A stretch of 64,000 nt of DNA from the NCBI GenBank assembly GCA_964502365.1, contig CAZCWQ010000001.1, forward strand, positions 8,053-72,052. Reading direction: 5' to 3'. Below are positions 28,227 to 38,090 of the stretch, in pieces; within the stretch, counting starts at the first letter, position 1, and every line of letters starts with the position of its first letter. The DNA is from an uncultured Desulfobacterales bacterium. GTDB taxonomy: Bacteria > Desulfobacterota > Desulfobacteria > Desulfobacterales > C00003060. Under the pieces are notes generated by a model that was not told where the DNA came from, did not search any database, and worked only from the letters and a program-made list of their open reading frames with translations. A program made the translations under genes and the position numbers.

Positions 28227-30401
28227 ATGAATGCGGTCCGTTCGCCAGCTGTGTGCCTGTTTTCGATTATCGTTATCTCCAGTGCCCTTTGGCCACCAAA
28301 CATTTGGGCCGAAGGGATCAACTTCCGTAGTGAATTCACCTACAGAGATTCCGACACCAAAACCACGAACAAGGTCACCGGCGAAGTGACCGAGAGTGAG
28401 TACTCAGCATTTAGGCAGTGGTACAACCTGGACCTATTCAGGACCATTTATCCCTACCTGACGTTAAGGGGCGGAAGCATTCTTGAGCTTAACGATTCTA
28501 TGTCCTCTTCTCAAGACACAGAAACCAAGACGGAGGAACAAACCCTTCGTCCATTCGCAGAAATCAACCTGAACAATCCGATTTACAAGGCTGGAATCGG
28601 ATACCGCGGGACCCAAATAGAAAGAGATACAACAGGGATTCCCACCACAAAGGACCTGAGAGACGAATTCAGTACCCTTTTCGGGTGGAGGCCTACGGAT
28701 TTCCCCGAGATGAACGTTCGCTATACCCATACCCATACTTATGACCATCCGGAGACCGTGGATACCATCGATAAACTGCTTACCTATGATGCCCGATATA
28801 CCGCATGGGAAGAACTTCGGATGAGCTATCTCTATATCCGAAATGAGAGACAAGAGCTTATCGACCCTTCCGAGACCTTGAGGCAAACGCATACCGGCAG
28901 GGTCGACTATTCACACAGTTTTTTCGGAAAACGCCTCTCTATGGGAACGGGTTACAGAATTCGTCATGACACTTTGGAGTTTCCCACATTGGCGACTTTG
29001 GAGTCTCCAGTGTTGCGCTCAGTAGGACTTTCGGCACTTGACGACACCCCCACCGACGGACCGGCCCTTGATCCAAATCTTGGCCTCATAGACGGGGATG
29101 TTGCCACGTCAGCCGGTCTGGATATCGGGTTGGCTGGCGATGAAACGACCCTGACAAACCTCGGGCTCGATTTTGGATTTCCCGTCTCTATGGATAAGCT
29201 GTATGTTTGGGTGAGCAGGCGTCTTTCCTCATCGGTCTCCAATGCTTTTTCCTGGTCTGTTTATACCAGCCCGGACAATACCGACGTGAGCACATGGTCG
29301 CTTGTGGCTACAGTTTCTCCTGCCTCGTTTGGGGCTCTTGACAATCGTTTTGAGATATCCGTTCCTGCGGTAAATACGCGCTTTATCAAGCTTGCAGTGA
29401 GGCCACTGTCTCCCATCGTGCCGGACGCTGCCAACTTTTCTAATATCTTTATTACAGAGATACAGGCGTTCAGCACGCAGTCAGGGGTGTCGTTGCAGAC
29501 GAAAGACACTACTGTGGACCACGACTACAACTTCAACCTGACGGGCAGGCTCAGCACGCACACCGTACTCGGCTATAATCTGTATTACAGCCTCCAGGAG
29601 CGGGACCCATCTGCTGAAAAAAGAACGCGCCTTTCTAATGACATCTTTCTTAAGCATACCTTCAACGAAATCTTTTCCGCCAGCACAAGTGTGTCACAAA
29701 CAGACACGAAGCTGACGGACCAGGAAACTCACACGTACACGTATGCCGCTTCGCTCAATGCCGACCATCTGGACACCTTCGGACAGACGCTGACGTACAG
29801 CGGCACGGATGAAACCCAAGACAATGATTCGGGCGATACGAATTCCGTCTTCCTTCGCAATAATGCAAAATTGTATAAGGGTTGGAGCGCCTTCTTCGAT
29901 GTGGGATACAGTTGGAACAAACCTTTGAACTCGGCCCGGACAACCTCCACAATCATAAGATCAGGGACAGACATAGAACCGAACGAAAAGCTTAACATCA
30001 ATATGAACTACTCCGTTACTGACACAAAACAAGCGGAGGAGGACGGGAGAGACACGTCCAGATCTTCACTGGATCTGCAAGCCTTCTTTCTGCCCTGTAC
30101 AACGTTGTCCCTTTTTGCCAGATTGAGCGTGCAGGACAGGGGGGGCTCCAGAACCACGCTGCAGGACTATTCCGTCAGCTGGTCACCTTTTCCTGACGGT
30201 ACCCTACAGTTTCTTCTCGGGTATACCGAGACCCTTAGGCCGGAGGACGAACAAAAGGACAGGACCATAAGCCCGAGTCTGAAATGGACCATAGGAAGGC
30301 ACATCCTCGCGGATATGTCCTACACCATTGCCACAAGCGAGACCGAGTTGCAGACAATCGATTCGAATAGTCTCAATATCAATGTGAAGCTCATTTTTTA
30401 G
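28227..30401 (+). CDS. predicted outer-membrane beta-barrel protein with internal discoidin (F5/8 type C)-like domain
   Basis: Signal peptide (...NIWAEG). Alternating-hydrophobic, Y/T/S-rich strands flank the insert, and the C-terminus is ...NINVKLIF with an aromatic last residue. The central ~150 aa reads GLIDGD...WSVYTSPDN...RFIKLAVRP...FITEIQAF. Confidence 0.6.
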   Translation: MNAVRSPAVCLFSIIVISSALWPPNIWAEGINFRSEFTYRDSDTKTTNKVTGEVTESEYSAFRQWYNLDLFRTIYPYLTLRGGSILELNDSMSSSQDTETKTEEQTLRPFAEINLNNPIYKAGIGYRGTQIERDTTGIPTTKDLRDEFSTLFGWRPTDFPEMNVRYTHTHTYDHPETVDTIDKLLTYDARYTAWEELRMSYLYIRNERQELIDPSETLRQTHTGRVDYSHSFFGKRLSMGTGYRIRHDTLEFPTLATLESPVLRSVGLSALDDTPTDGPALDPNLGLIDGDVATSAGLDIGLAGDETTLTNLGLDFGFPVSMDKLYVWVSRRLSSSVSNAFSWSVYTSPDNTDVSTWSLVATVSPASFGALDNRFEISVPAVNTRFIKLAVRPLSPIVPDAANFSNIFITEIQAFSTQSGVSLQTKDTTVDHDYNFNLTGRLSTHTVLGYNLYYSLQERDPSAEKRTRLSNDIFLKHTFNEIFSASTSVSQTDTKLTDQETHTYTYAASLNADHLDTFGQTLTYSGTDETQDNDSGDTNSVFLRNNAKLYKGWSAFFDVGYSWNKPLNSARTTSTIIRSGTDIEPNEKLNINMNYSVTDTKQAEEDGRDTSRSSLDLQAFFLPCTTLSLFARLSVQDRGGSRTTLQDYSVSWSPFPDGTLQFLLGYTETLRPEDEQKDRTISPSLKWTIGRHILADMSYTIATSETELQTIDSNSLNINVKLIF

Positions 30402-30592
30402 GTTACCGTGAAGGTCGTGACAAGTGGGCGCTCGAAACCGTCTGTGGCCGTTCCCAGACGACATCCGGTCCGTGGCAAGTGGGTTCGCAAGTTGACTGGC
30501 ATGGCCAAATGGTTTATATGGTGTTAAAAAGATAAGAGATTCACAGAAGACAAAATAGCGATACATCACCCTCTAAGGCAAGGAATTCTGCC

Positions 30593-31186
30593 ATGATTGG
30601 ATCGAAACGCGGTGTGAGTCTAATGAGATGTGTCTTGCCTTGCCTTTATCTTTCCTTGACCGCCTGTGCCGCCCCCCCTCCGCCCACCACGTATCATGAC
30701 CCGGATATGGATTTTGCGTCATTGCGCAGCGTTGCAGTCATGCCTTTTGAGAATCTCTCGCGAGACAAGCTTGCGGCGGAAAGGGTGCGAGACACCTTCA
30801 TTAACAACCTCTTGGCTACCACTTCGCTTTATGTCATCCCTCCCGGCGAGGTCGCACGGGGCAGCACAAGATTAGCGCTTGATAAGCCTGCTACGCCATC
30901 CGCGGAGGACATCTTAAAACTGGCCGTTATCATCAAGGCAGACGCTGTCATCACCGGCGTTGTCAGGGAGTACGGAGAGATAAGATCCGGGACCACATCT
31001 GCCAATGTTATATCCATCAGCGTGCAAATGTATGAGGTGCAAACGGGAACGGTGGTGTGGGCAGCATCGTCTTCGCAGGGCGGGATAAGCACATGGGATC
31101 GACTTTTTGGGGGCGGAGGCAAGCCGATGAACGATGTCACCGAAGCGGCTGTGGATGATATTATCAATAAACTCTTCAGCAAGTAA
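30593..31186 (+). CDS. CsgG/LpoB/DUF799-like lipoprotein
   Basis: Lipobox LSLTAC. SVAVMPFENLS...ADAVITGVV pattern is typical of the TolB-N/CsgG/LpoB-like fold family. Confidence 0.6.
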   Translation: MIGSKRGVSLMRCVLPCLYLSLTACAAPPPPTTYHDPDMDFASLRSVAVMPFENLSRDKLAAERVRDTFINNLLATTSLYVIPPGEVARGSTRLALDKPATPSAEDILKLAVIIKADAVITGVVREYGEIRSGTTSANVISISVQMYEVQTGTVVWAASSSQGGISTWDRLFGGGGKPMNDVTEAAVDDIINKLFSK

Positions 31187-32297
31187 ATATCTTATCACCC
31201 TTTTCACGGTTCTTATTATCCTCTGGGGTTGTGGAACGGTGAACGACCCTGTGAGAAGCGTGACGAGTGATTCCCCTGTGCATAGACCGCTCCGCGTGGC
31301 TTTTCTGCCGGTCGACAACCTTAGTGGAGGTCCTGCCCCCCTTAAGCATATCAGAGACTCCCTGTCAGACGGTTTCAAGAAACAAGGGATAACTCCCGTT
31401 GATGAGGCAGCACTTGAGAAATTTATTGCTGGGCACCGTGTCCGTTATGTAGGCGGTATGAACAGGGCCACCGCACAGGCCTTCCGAACAGAGATCTCTG
31501 CTGAAGCGGTCCTGATCACATCGCTGGAGCTCTATAGTGAGAGTGCTCCCCCCAGGATTGCTTTCACATGCAGATTGGTTTCTACGGCAGACGACACCGC
31601 AATTTTGTGGATGGATGGCATAGGGCTGGCAGGTGATGACTCTCCGGGAATTCTCGGTCTTTCTCTGATTGAAGATCCCCAGAGCCTTCTTGACGAGGCA
31701 GTGCGATACCTCGCCCTTTCTCTGTCGGCACATCTAGGAGACGGGGGCACGATGGCCACCCCCAAAAGAAGAGACAAATTTCAGCCGAAATTTTTTTACA
31801 GGTCCCCTGTGATGGCCACCGACAGACGTTACCGTGTGGCTGTCATGCCATTTTTCAATGTAAGTGAGAGAAAATACGCCGGCGAGATCATGGCCCTCCA
31901 CTTTGTCAAGGAACTCAGGCCACTCGAGAATTTTGCCGTTGTCGAGCCAGGTGTCGTAAGAGATACGCTGCTGGCACTCAGGGTCATCATGGACGATGGT
32001 CTATCCCTCGCCTACGCAGATCTCATTTTCGGCAGACTTAACGCCGATCTTATTCTTACGGGTAACGTACTGGATTATGAAGACTATCGTGGTCCCGCCG
32101 GGAAACCCAAGGTCGGTTTCTCAGCCATGCTGCTGGAGAAGAAGAGCCGGGAAGTGGTCTGGACCTGCCAGAATTATAATGAGGGGGACAACGGGGTCTT
32201 CTTCTTCGACCTAGGGAAGGTAAACACAGCCAACGCCATGGCATCCGAGATGGTACGTCTTGCCGTGGAAACAATGGCGAGGGAAGGCGGAAGGTGA
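31134..32297 (+). CDS. lipoprotein with two CsgG/LpoB/DUF799-like domains
   Basis: Lipobox ILWGC. Two copies of the same pattern (RVAFLPVDNLS... and RVAVMPFFNVS...ADLILTGNV). The start is uncertain (31134 or 31155) and overlaps the previous gene end. Confidence 0.6.
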   Translation: MSPKRLWMILSINSSASKYLITLFTVLIILWGCGTVNDPVRSVTSDSPVHRPLRVAFLPVDNLSGGPAPLKHIRDSLSDGFKKQGITPVDEAALEKFIAGHRVRYVGGMNRATAQAFRTEISAEAVLITSLELYSESAPPRIAFTCRLVSTADDTAILWMDGIGLAGDDSPGILGLSLIEDPQSLLDEAVRYLALSLSAHLGDGGTMATPKRRDKFQPKFFYRSPVMATDRRYRVAVMPFFNVSERKYAGEIMALHFVKELRPLENFAVVEPGVVRDTLLALRVIMDDGLSLAYADLIFGRLNADLILTGNVLDYEDYRGPAGKPKVGFSAMLLEKKSREVVWTCQNYNEGDNGVFFFDLGKVNTANAMASEMVRLAVETMAREGGR

Positions 32298-32306
32298 TAT
32301 TGGTAG

Positions 32307-33701
32307 CTAATCCAGGCCAAATTTTTTCAATTGGTATCTGAGACTGTCATAGCTTACGCCAAGAAGTTTTGCTGCCTGCGCCTTGTTGTTCCCGGTCCTT
32401 TCTAGAGCCTGAATGATGAGGTCCTTTTCCAATTCTTCCAGAGAGATCCCCGATTCAGGTAAAACAAAACGGTCGCTCGATGGTTGGACTGCTCCCATAG
32501 TACGTCCAAACATCCAGCTCGGCATTTGTTCAGGCTCGATTATTTCATTATCTTCCAGCACCACAAACCGCTCCACCAAATTTTTCAACTCCCTTACATT
32601 CCCCGGCCAGCCGTGAGCGCTCAGGACTTGCTCAGCGGCAGGTGAAAACCCTTTGATGGTTCTTTTGTTATACTTTGTGGCAAAATAAGAGAGGAAATGC
32701 CCGGCCAGTAGGGGTATGTCTTCTTTTCTCTCTCTGAGCGGAGGGATGTGGATATAGAATGGGCTCAGTCTGAAAAACAAGGCTTTCCGAAATTCGCCTT
32801 TTTCCACTGCCTCTGAGAGGTTTCTGCTTGTGCTAGCAATGGCTGTTAGGTCTACGGGGATTTCTTTGTTTCCGCCTATTCGTCTCACTGTCCTGTTTTC
32901 TAATATCCTTAACAATTTGCTTTGAAGCCCTGGTTGCATATCGCCTATCTCATCAAGGAGTATCACTCCTCCTTTGGCCTGCTCAAACAACCCCTTTTTG
33001 TCAGATTTAGCATCTGTAAAGGCACCCTTCTCGTGACCAAAGAGTTCGCTTTCCAAAAGTGTGGCAGGCATCGCTGCGCAATTGATTGAAACAAAGGGGG
33101 CATGATGTGATGGCGTACGGCCAAACATGAGATTGTGAATATATCGGGCAACGACTTCCTTGCCTGTTCCACTTTCTCCGGTAATGAGAATGGCAGATAC
33201 GTGGGCTTTAGCGATCTTTTGCACAGTCGCCTTTATTTCATGAATGGCCCCAGATTCGCCGATAAAATCCTTTTCTATGACCTCAGCATAGGCCTTCCTG
33301 AGATAGTTTACTTCTTGCCTAAGACTTTCTTTCTCGAGGACACTGTCCAAGACAATCTTGACCTCATCAGTATTAAAAGGCTTGGTGATATAGTCCACAG
33401 CCCCGAGCTTCATGGCTTTCACTGCGGTTTCTGCAGTTTCGTCAGCTGTCAGCATGACGACCTGAGTGTCGATAGGATTTTTCCCGCTCTTAATGTCTCG
33501 CAGGATATCTATGCCGTCTCGCCCAGGAAGGCTGATATCAAGCATAACCACATCCGGATCCCATGAGCTGATTCTATCAATGACATCGTTCGGATCAGAC
33601 TCTAAGTATATTTCGTAGCCCTCTTCCTTCAGTGCCTTCGATAGGACTGTGAGAATGAGCTCATCATCATCCAAAATAAACAATTTGCCCTTGCTTTTCA
33701 T
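32307..33701 (-). CDS. sigma-54-dependent response regulator (NtrC family)
   Basis: REC domain (DISLPGRDG), an AAA+ domain with GESGTGKE and the sigma-54 contact loop GAFTDA, and a C-terminal Fis-type HTH. It has an ATGA overlap with the upstream kinase gene. Confidence 0.9.
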   Translation of the reverse strand: MKSKGKLFILDDDELILTVLSKALKEEGYEIYLESDPNDVIDRISSWDPDVVMLDISLPGRDGIDILRDIKSGKNPIDTQVVMLTADETAETAVKAMKLGAVDYITKPFNTDEVKIVLDSVLEKESLRQEVNYLRKAYAEVIEKDFIGESGAIHEIKATVQKIAKAHVSAILITGESGTGKEVVARYIHNLMFGRTPSHHAPFVSINCAAMPATLLESELFGHEKGAFTDAKSDKKGLFEQAKGGVILLDEIGDMQPGLQSKLLRILENRTVRRIGGNKEIPVDLTAIASTSRNLSEAVEKGEFRKALFFRLSPFYIHIPPLRERKEDIPLLAGHFLSYFATKYNKRTIKGFSPAAEQVLSAHGWPGNVRELKNLVERFVVLEDNEIIEPEQMPSWMFGRTMGAVQPSSDRFVLPESGISLEELEKDLIIQALERTGNNKAQAAKLLGVSYDSLRYQLKKFGLD

Positions 33702-35908
33702 GCTAGCCGTTTGCTCTTGTACTGTTCCGCCTTCAACAAAATCGTAAAAAGGGTCCCCGTGCCTGGAGTGCTTTCAACGTGTATTTGGCCGCCCTGTTGT
33801 TCGATGAGGCGTTGGGTAATGGCCAGTCCCAACCCTGTGCCTTTTGCTTTGGTAGTAAAAAAGGGCTCGAACACCTTGTCCAAGGTCTGCTTGTCCATCC
33901 CGGTGCCGGTATCAGAGATTGTGATCCTTATGAAACCCTGCTTTTCATCATAACTGGTTCTAACGGTCAGGGTTCCGCCATTGGGCATGGCCTGGATTGC
34001 GTTAAGCATCAAGTTCAAGAAAGCCTGCTTAAGTTGCATGGGGTCAGCCAGGGTTTCAGGAAGATGCTCATCAAAATCCTTAGAAATATCTATTGCCGCC
34101 GTTACATTGGATAACAGGGAGGGGTCTTTGAGGCCAAAAGAAAGGATTTTGTCAATAATGTCATTTAAATCCACGGCCATGAGCTGAGGTTTAGGGGGCC
34201 TGGCAAAATCGAGTAGACTCCTTATCAATGATTCGATACGTCCAATCTCGTCGACCGCCTTTGATGCAATGGCCCGGTCTTCCTCAGAGATATTTGGTTC
34301 CTCTCTAAGAACCTGGACTGATACCTTGATGCCTGCAAGGGGATTCTTGATTTCATGAGCCAGTCCTGCGGCCCATTCTCCGACCAATTTCATCTGTTCC
34401 GCTCTCTGCAAAGTCTCTTGTACCCTCTTGCGTTCCGTGATGTCCCGAACCACGTGAATCAGACCTGTCATCTCTTTCTTGCTGTCAAACCGAGGCATGG
34501 CCCTCACCTCGAAATATTTGTCAAAGTGGGGCTCAAAGAATTCAAAAGACGCGGGCTCCTTAGTTTTGAAGCATTCACAGGTGGGACAATTTTCCGGTGG
34601 ACAGTCCTTCCCGTGGAAATAGGCATAGCATTTTGCCTTGACCACGTCCAGAGGTGGTAGTGCCAGAAACTCCTTTGCCGCCCTGTTGGCGTGAATGATG
34701 TTGAATTCTTTGTCGTGGACAGTAATCATGTCTCGAATAGTGTCAAATGTCTCTTCCCAGTCATTCTTGGCTTGAAGGATCTCGTTTTCTATTTTTTTTC
34801 GAGCAGAGATGTCTCTGTCAATGGCTAGGATGTATTTACGACCCATATATGTCAGGAGCCCAGCACTAGCCTCAACAGGAAACACTGTGCCATCTTTTTT
34901 TCTGTGGGGGATTTCTGCCTTGATCCACTCACCGCTCAAGATACGCTTGATACGCTCTGGCGCTTCTTTTGCAGCATCAAGCGTATCTAAATCGTTTACC
35001 AAATTGAGATTGAGCAACTCCTGCATGCTATATCCATGCATTTCTGCCGCCGCAGGGTTAGCGTCCACGATGTCGCCGCGCTTTTCCCCCTCAGCCTCTG
35101 CAATAAATATGGCATCCCCGGCGCCTTCGAAAAGCAGTCTGTAACGCTTTTCGGTTTCCACAACTTTGCGGATATGCTCTTTCAGCGAAGTAGCCATGTT
35201 ATTGAACGATGCTGCTACTTCTCCAAATTCATCTTTTAGGCCTTCAATTCTATGATCAAGATCACCGGCCCTTAACTTCCGTGTCGCCCTCAGTAGCGCA
35301 CTAAGCGGTTTTGTCAGGGTCGCCATAAAGAAAAAAACAAAAACCACGGCGGCAATGGGACCCGCGATCACTAGAACATAGATCAATGTTTTTGAATCAG
35401 CCACACTCTGAAGGGCATTTTGCGTTTCATCCGCCAGCCTGAGCGCTGCTTTATGGACCATCGTGTTGACGTCTGCTATGGCCTGTTCGGCCATACTGAA
35501 GGCCTCGTTTTCTTCCTCAGCCATCCTATCACGATTTGCCCGAAGCGTGAGTACCCTGTTCAATGCATCCTTGTATAGCCCAATTTGGCTTTCCAAATCC
35601 GTTAGGCGCTTGAGTACAGTTTCAGAGTGGTGACAGTCAAAACAGGACTTTACGACGTCGTCCATGCTCTTGACATTCTTGACAATAGTGCCAAGGTCTC
35701 GCCTGTGATGCGTCCCAATTAGCGCAAGGTCAGACTGGACACTTCTGAGATTAATCAACAGATGCTCCCTGAGTATTTCCACCTGATGAAGCATGATGAG
35801 ATGATCGAGTTGAGACGTAGCGGTTTGAATGGTGGCAATGATGTAGATGCCTCCTCCCACGAAAATGATGGAAAAGGCGCCCAGTGCCAGAAGTATCTTT
35901 TTTTTCAT
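33698..35908 (-). CDS. sensor histidine kinase with periplasmic CXXCH-containing helical domain, HAMP and PAS domains
   Basis: TM1 is aa 5-25 and TM2 about aa 176-197. CFDCH at aa 89-93 (nt 35630-35644) lies between the TMs. Then HAMP, two PAS-like regions (one with CPPENCPTCEC), H-box LAHEIKNPLAGI and GTGLGLAI. Confidence 0.85.
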   Translation of the reverse strand: MKKKILLALGAFSIIFVGGGIYIIATIQTATSQLDHLIMLHQVEILREHLLINLRSVQSDLALIGTHHRRDLGTIVKNVKSMDDVVKSCFDCHHSETVLKRLTDLESQIGLYKDALNRVLTLRANRDRMAEEENEAFSMAEQAIADVNTMVHKAALRLADETQNALQSVADSKTLIYVLVIAGPIAAVVFVFFFMATLTKPLSALLRATRKLRAGDLDHRIEGLKDEFGEVAASFNNMATSLKEHIRKVVETEKRYRLLFEGAGDAIFIAEAEGEKRGDIVDANPAAAEMHGYSMQELLNLNLVNDLDTLDAAKEAPERIKRILSGEWIKAEIPHRKKDGTVFPVEASAGLLTYMGRKYILAIDRDISARKKIENEILQAKNDWEETFDTIRDMITVHDKEFNIIHANRAAKEFLALPPLDVVKAKCYAYFHGKDCPPENCPTCECFKTKEPASFEFFEPHFDKYFEVRAMPRFDSKKEMTGLIHVVRDITERKRVQETLQRAEQMKLVGEWAAGLAHEIKNPLAGIKVSVQVLREEPNISEEDRAIASKAVDEIGRIESLIRSLLDFARPPKPQLMAVDLNDIIDKILSFGLKDPSLLSNVTAAIDISKDFDEHLPETLADPMQLKQAFLNLMLNAIQAMPNGGTLTVRTSYDEKQGFIRITISDTGTGMDKQTLDKVFEPFFTTKAKGTGLGLAITQRLIEQQGGQIHVESTPGTGTLFTILLKAEQYKSKRLA

Positions 35909-36888
35909 TAATCGTTCACGTAATCGTAGGTTGCCAGATCCAGTCCCACTTCTTGTGCATAACGGTAAACATTTTCGTAGTCTTTGTCCGTTGTCTCGAT
36001 AAATCTTTTCGCACCAAAGGCTTTTAGGACCTCCATCCCATCATGGTCATCATGCATGCTGGTCAGGGAATCCTTGAGCCTGGATTTAATCGAAGGGTCC
36101 AGGTCTGGCCGAACAGCCAAACCATTCTCCGGCACGTCAGGAGACCTTGCAAGCACAACCAATTCGTTTCTTACCCTGCTTTCTATATTAGACAGATGGT
36201 AGTATATAGTATTTTTTGCGGCGCCCACATCTGCCAGTTTGTTCAAAACGTCATGGATGGCGTTTTCATGCGTACCTGCAAAATAGGTTTCCTTGAAATA
36301 GGTCTTGTAATCTGCAATTCCGTGGGTCTTGAAATATGCAAGGGGAAGGAGATAGCCGGCTGTCGTGGCCTTGTCCACAAAGGCAAAAGTCTTTCCCCGC
36401 ATGTCCTTTGCGTCTTTGATGCCGCTGTCCTTTCTAACAAACAGGAGCCCATAGTACGTAGAACGGCCATCAGCAGTCTCAGGACGTGCAAGGGGTTCAA
36501 CACCTAATCTTGCATGGGCCAATGTGTAGGTGAAGCTCCCGAAGAATGCACCGTCCATTTTTGAAGCGACAAAATTCTCAATGATATTCCCGTACCGTGT
36601 CAGTACCTTCAGTTTAATATGCATTCCCATCTTTTTTGAAAGATAGTCGGATAGAGGCTCATATCGTTCAAGCTGTTCGAAGATATTGCGCTCAGGAATA
36701 AGCCCTATCACGAGAGAGTCTCCCTCCCGACTGGACGGCTTCACATTATCTTCTGCCCATATGTCAGTGCAGCTAACTGATATGGCCATCCAAAGCACCA
36801 TCGACAGGAGAATACTGCCCAGGCGCAACAAAGTCAGTTTTGAGGCACCGTTATGAAGTGAGACAGTGTTTTTCCCGGACGCAACCAT
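35908..36888 (-). CDS. PhnD/SsuA-like periplasmic substrate-binding protein
   Basis: Signal/TM segment followed by a type-2 periplasmic-binding fold pattern. Its TAA overlaps the kinase ATG (TAATG). Confidence 0.65.
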   Translation of the reverse strand: MVASGKNTVSLHNGASKLTLLRLGSILLSMVLWMAISVSCTDIWAEDNVKPSSREGDSLVIGLIPERNIFEQLERYEPLSDYLSKKMGMHIKLKVLTRYGNIIENFVASKMDGAFFGSFTYTLAHARLGVEPLARPETADGRSTYYGLLFVRKDSGIKDAKDMRGKTFAFVDKATTAGYLLPLAYFKTHGIADYKTYFKETYFAGTHENAIHDVLNKLADVGAAKNTIYYHLSNIESRVRNELVVLARSPDVPENGLAVRPDLDPSIKSRLKDSLTSMHDDHDGMEVLKAFGAKRFIETTDKDYENVYRYAQEVGLDLATYDYVND

Positions 36889-37077
36889 TGGTTTCTACCC
36901 TTTTTCTGCATGTGTGATATATAAGTGAATTGTGAAACTCCAAGAACCTGCGGCCTCAGTTGCAGGTTAAAAACAAGATATTGAGATGGTTACACGAAAG
37001 TAGATATCATTTTTTGGCGGAAAATATCAAGGAGGAAAGACAAGACAGTACCCCTTGATATGTCTGAAACCGGATAA

Positions 37078-38013
37078 ATGCAAAGACTATCGGTAGTAAC
37101 GATAACAATCATACTGTATGCCTTTAGCAACACTTTGCTATTTGCGGCCGACAACAATATCCCCGGGCTTGCAGATCTGGCAGAAGATACAAATCTTCAT
37201 TTTGACCAAAAATACTGCACGCAATGCCACGAGACGGTACCTGAAAAGGGAGTAGATACCTTGTTGAGATTTGACGGAAATCTTAGGCAGCTGTGTAGAT
37301 GTCATTACAATACGAGGGGTCGGTGTCCCCATCCGGCGGACATTCAACCCTCCCAGATCATGAAGACAAGGATCCCTGCTGATCTTCCCCTCAAAAACGG
37401 CAGGATCTGTTGTACCACATGCCACGATGTATATCTTCAGTGCCGAGACAGTGACATAGACAGGCTATTTCCGAAAGGAGACGCCTTTTTGAGAGGAGCA
37501 CCCTTTTCAAACAAGACAACACAGTGTTTTAGATGCCACGACAAAGAGCTATATGGGATGCTCAACCCTCACGACCAGTTGGACGGAAGCGGAAAGATCA
37601 TCGTCGAGCGATGTCTGTACTGCCATGTTGAAAAACCTGATGAAAAAAAGGCTGGATATAAGGATGTTAAGCTTGTCGGGGATCTTGAGATGCTATGTGT
37701 GAGATGCCATGGTCGTGTCAAGGCGAATAGGCAGTCCTTGCATGCCACTCACATTCGCAAGCCATCTGCCCAGGTCTTGGCTGGAATTGTCCAGGCTGAG
37801 AAGACATTTAAAACAACACTACCGCTGGACGCCGAAGGAAAAGTAACATGCGTAACATGTCATAATCCCCACGAAAAAGGTGTAATTCCCGCTACAAAAC
37901 CTGCGGCAAAGGGTGCTAGCGAGCCGTTCAAGCAACGCACACCGGGCAACATGTGCATCGCATGTCATGTCATGCAACAGGGAATCTCAGGCTCGAAGAT
38001 GGGTCGCAGGTGA
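37078..38013 (+). CDS. multiheme c-type cytochrome, 7 CXXCH motifs
   Basis: Signal peptide present. The motifs are CTQCH, CTTCH, CFRCH, CLYCH, CVRCH, CVTCH and CIACH, plus an odd CRCH. Confidence 0.85.
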   Translation: MQRLSVVTITIILYAFSNTLLFAADNNIPGLADLAEDTNLHFDQKYCTQCHETVPEKGVDTLLRFDGNLRQLCRCHYNTRGRCPHPADIQPSQIMKTRIPADLPLKNGRICCTTCHDVYLQCRDSDIDRLFPKGDAFLRGAPFSNKTTQCFRCHDKELYGMLNPHDQLDGSGKIIVERCLYCHVEKPDEKKAGYKDVKLVGDLEMLCVRCHGRVKANRQSLHATHIRKPSAQVLAGIVQAEKTFKTTLPLDAEGKVTCVTCHNPHEKGVIPATKPAAKGASEPFKQRTPGNMCIACHVMQQGISGSKMGRR

Positions 38014-38090
38014 AGTGCTCAGAGCCGGGTGGCCACGTTTCATGCCTATTGTTTGGAACACCCTGGTTGATACGGACATAGGGCCGCTGT

